Positions 61,712 to 64,000 of a DNA stretch of 64,000 nucleotides are shown here, in pieces; positions within the stretch are counted from its first letter, which is position 1; the number at the start of each line of letters is the position of its first letter. A program made the translations under genes and the position numbers. Origin of the DNA: Candidatus Binatia bacterium. Lineage in GTDB: Bacteria > Desulfobacterota > Binatia > Bin18. The DNA is taken from NCBI GenBank assembly GCA_963666315.2, contig CAXXHG010000043.1, forward strand, positions 128,001 to 192,000, given 5' to 3'. Below the pieces are notes generated by a model, which worked only from the letters and a program-made list of their open reading frames with translations, was not told the DNA's origin and did no database searches.

Positions 61712-62680
61712 CTACGCCTTTGCCTTTTTCACTGCCTCAGTCAACTCGGGCACGGCCTTAAAGAGATCGGCTACCAGGCCATAGTCAGCCACATTGAAAA
61801 TCGGTGCGTCCGGATCTTTATTGACGGCCACAATGACTTTAGAGTCCTTCATGCCGGCCAAGTGCTGAATGGCACCGGAAATTCCAACCGCAATATACAA
61901 ATCAGGCGCCACCACTTTGCCTGTCTGCCCGACTTGCAGATCGTTCGGCACAAAGCCCGCATCAACTGCTGCGCGGCTGGCGCCCATGGCTGCGCCAAGC
62001 TCATCAACCAGTGGTTCGAGATAGGTCGTGAAGTTCTCGCCCGACTTGAGCCCACGCCCGCCAGACACCACGATACTGGCTTCGGTCAGGTTGGGTCGAT
62101 CAGATTGGGTCTCATTAAAGGACACAAACTGCAGCTTGGTAGCGTCTGCATCCAAGCTGACACTGGTTTGTTCGACAGCAGACCGATCGCCCGGCTGAGC
62201 GGCGTCAAAGGCCGTGCTACGCACGGACACGACTTTTATATCGTCGTCAAGAGCAACCGTCGCCACCGTATTGCCGGCATACATGGGCCGCTGCAGCGTT
62301 CCATCCTCATTGAATTCCACCACATCGCTGGCCATCCCCACGCCCAGCCGTGCGGCCACGCGCGGCAAAAGATCTTTTCCTATCGCAGTAGATGTGGCCA
62401 CGAGCATCGTCACCTGGTTGGCTTGCACCAACTGTTCAAGCACTGCGGCATACGAATCGGCAAGATAATGTTCCAGGGCGGCATCACTCACAGCTAAGAC
62501 CTTAGCCGTTCCGTACCCGGCCGCTTCTTGAGTCGCAGCCTCAATGTCTGAGCCCAGCACGGCAACCAGCACATCGCCACCTAGCTTGCTCGCCGCTTCT
62601 TTACCGGCCTGGATCGTAATCAGTGAGCTTTTCGGCAGGCTGCCTTTCTGAATTTCCGCAAAAACAAGTATATTTCCCAT
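61712..62680 (-). CDS. etfA: Electron transfer flavoprotein alpha subunit
   Basis: [28 protein letters not shown]. Confidence 0.96.
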   Translation of the reverse strand: MGNILVFAEIQKGSLPKSSLITIQAGKEAASKLGGDVLVAVLGSDIEAATQEAAGYGTAKVLAVSDAALEHYLADSYAAVLEQLVQANQVTMLVATSTAIGKDLLPRVAARLGVGMASDVVEFNEDGTLQRPMYAGNTVATVALDDDIKVVSVRSTAFDAAQPGDRSAVEQTSVSLDADATKLQFVSFNETQSDRPNLTEASIVVSGGRGLKSGENFTTYLEPLVDELGAAMGASRAAVDAGFVPNDLQVGQTGKVVAPDLYIAVGISGAIQHLAGMKDSKVIVAVNKDPDAPIFNVADYGLVADLFKAVPELTEAVKKAKA

Positions 62681-62710
62681 TGTGATGGTCTCCAGATGAC
62701 GCAGATGACA

Positions 62711-63466
62711 TTAGATGACTTTGGCTTCGTCGTGGAGCAGTGTCATCAGCTCTGCCACCGTCTCAACCTTCTTGCCGCCTTCCTTCTTGGTCGGCGGCTC
62801 CAGCATCTGCACCGTGAGGCGCGGCGTGATGTCAACACCAAGGTCGGCTGCGGCAATCTCTTTGATCTCTTTCTTGCGTGCCTTCATGATACCGGGCAGT
62901 GAAGCATAACGAGGTTCATTGAGCCGCAAGTCAGAGGTAATAATGCCGGGTAAGGCAAAACCAACCGTTTCCAGCCCGCCATCCACTTCCCGCGTCACCT
63001 TAACCGATTGCTGATCGTCGGACAGTTCCACCTCAGACGCAAAGGTTGCTTGCGGCCAGCCCAGGAGTGCCGCCAACATTTGTCCGGCCTGATTCGCATC
63101 ATCGTCAATAGCCTGTTTGCCCAGGAGCACGATCTCAGGGCTTTCTTGCTCAACGATTTTTGCCAAGATACGAGCCACACCGAGAGAGTCGAGCTCTTGG
63201 TCGCAGCCAACCGAAATGGCACGGTCCGCGCCCATAGCCAGACCAGTCCTGAGCTGTTCAGATACAGCTTTGACGCCGATACTGACGAGGATGACCTCAC
63301 CCGAGCCCAGCTTTTCTTTAATACGCAGGGCTTCTTCAAGAGCGATCTCATCAAAGGGGTTAATGACATACTTGATGTTGTCCGTCTCAATGCCCGATCC
63401 ATCGGATTTGACACGGATCGTTGTCTCTGGGTCAGGCACCCGTTTGACTGCCACAAGTACTTTCAC
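62711..63466 (-). CDS. etfB: Electron transfer flavoprotein beta subunit
   Basis: VKRVPD, NPFDEIA, GKQAIDDD, NEPRY; GTG start after GGAGG. Confidence 0.96.
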   Translation of the reverse strand: MKVLVAVKRVPDPETTIRVKSDGSGIETDNIKYVINPFDEIALEEALRIKEKLGSGEVILVSIGVKAVSEQLRTGLAMGADRAISVGCDQELDSLGVARILAKIVEQESPEIVLLGKQAIDDDANQAGQMLAALLGWPQATFASEVELSDDQQSVKVTREVDGGLETVGFALPGIITSDLRLNEPRYASLPGIMKARKKEIKEIAAADLGVDITPRLTVQMLEPPTKKEGGKKVETVAELMTLLHDEAKVI

Positions 63467-63653
63467 AAGTGTTTTCCTCCCGTCGTAAGATACGCACACG
63501 CTTTCCGCGTGTATGCCGCTGGGCATGCCATGGCATAGAAAAATATTGCTTTAGTTCAGCGCTTCAGCCTACGGCTGTCAAGCGTGCCTGGCTTGTGTGC
63601 GTCGAACCAATAGGCCCAGGCGGACACAGTAGTCAGACCAAGCACCGAGCGAT

Positions 63654-64000
63654 TTAAGACTCAGGATGGCCAAGACGACTAGAGAGATCTTTGCCGGCTT
63701 GAATGACTAACGGAACCAGCTCTTGCTGGAGTCGTTCCGTCCCGATCCGGTAGGCAGGGCCGCTAACTGCCAAACTGCCAACCACAGAGCGAGTGTAGTC
63801 ACGAATCGGTACCGCTACCGTCCGGACGTCGGCCAGATGCTCACCGTTCTCTATAGCATAGCCCTTCTGGAGGACCTCACTGAGCTGTGATTGGAGCGTC
63901 CCATGATCTGTAATCGTCTGCTCAGTGTGAACATCGAGCAAGTCGGGCAGGGAGCGCTGGGCCTCTTCTCCCGTCTCAAAGGCCAGATGCACCTTGCCTA
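63654..64000 (-). CDS. IclR family regulator, C-terminal part (5' end outside the window)
   Basis: GKVHLAF, GYAIENGE, VAVPIRD, AVSGP. Confidence 0.88.
   Translation of the reverse strand, partial: GKVHLAFETGEEAQRSLPDLLDVHTEQTITDHGTLQSQLSEVLQKGYAIENGEHLADVRTVAVPIRDYTRSVVGSLAVSGPAYRIGTERLQQELVPLVIQAGKDLSSRLGHPES

Overview
Bacterial chromosomal segment. The rplU-rpmA-obgE-proB-proA-nadD-rsfS order, many LLM/F420-type oxidoreductases and repeated cyclase-AAA-TPR genes suggest a deltaproteobacterial-type lineage such as Binatota (inference, not verified). Positions 1-29 kb form an accessory catabolic and signalling region with many broken genes. It holds four remnants of one cyclase-AAA-TPR (STAND-like) gene family, four LLM oxidoreductases, an intact two-subunit N,N-dimethylformamidase-family locus, a decayed Rieske dioxygenase, broken HD-GYP and PAS-kinase genes, and an IS6 element next to an integrase remnant at an initiator tRNA-Met. 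Positions 29-48.5 kb are intact housekeeping genes plus phnA and fabF-fabH with an ArsA/Get3-like ATPase pair. Positions 48.5-64 kb carry a broken MoxR module, hydrolases, vapBC, a fifth decayed cyclase-AAA-TPR copy, a single-chain acyl-CoA carboxylase, etfAB and a partial IclR gene. The most unusual signal is the cyclase-AAA-TPR family. All five copies keep a conserved N-terminal module and three share a promoter-like architecture. The two longer copies also have 7/8-nt repeat linkers and independent frameshifts at the same domain boundary.
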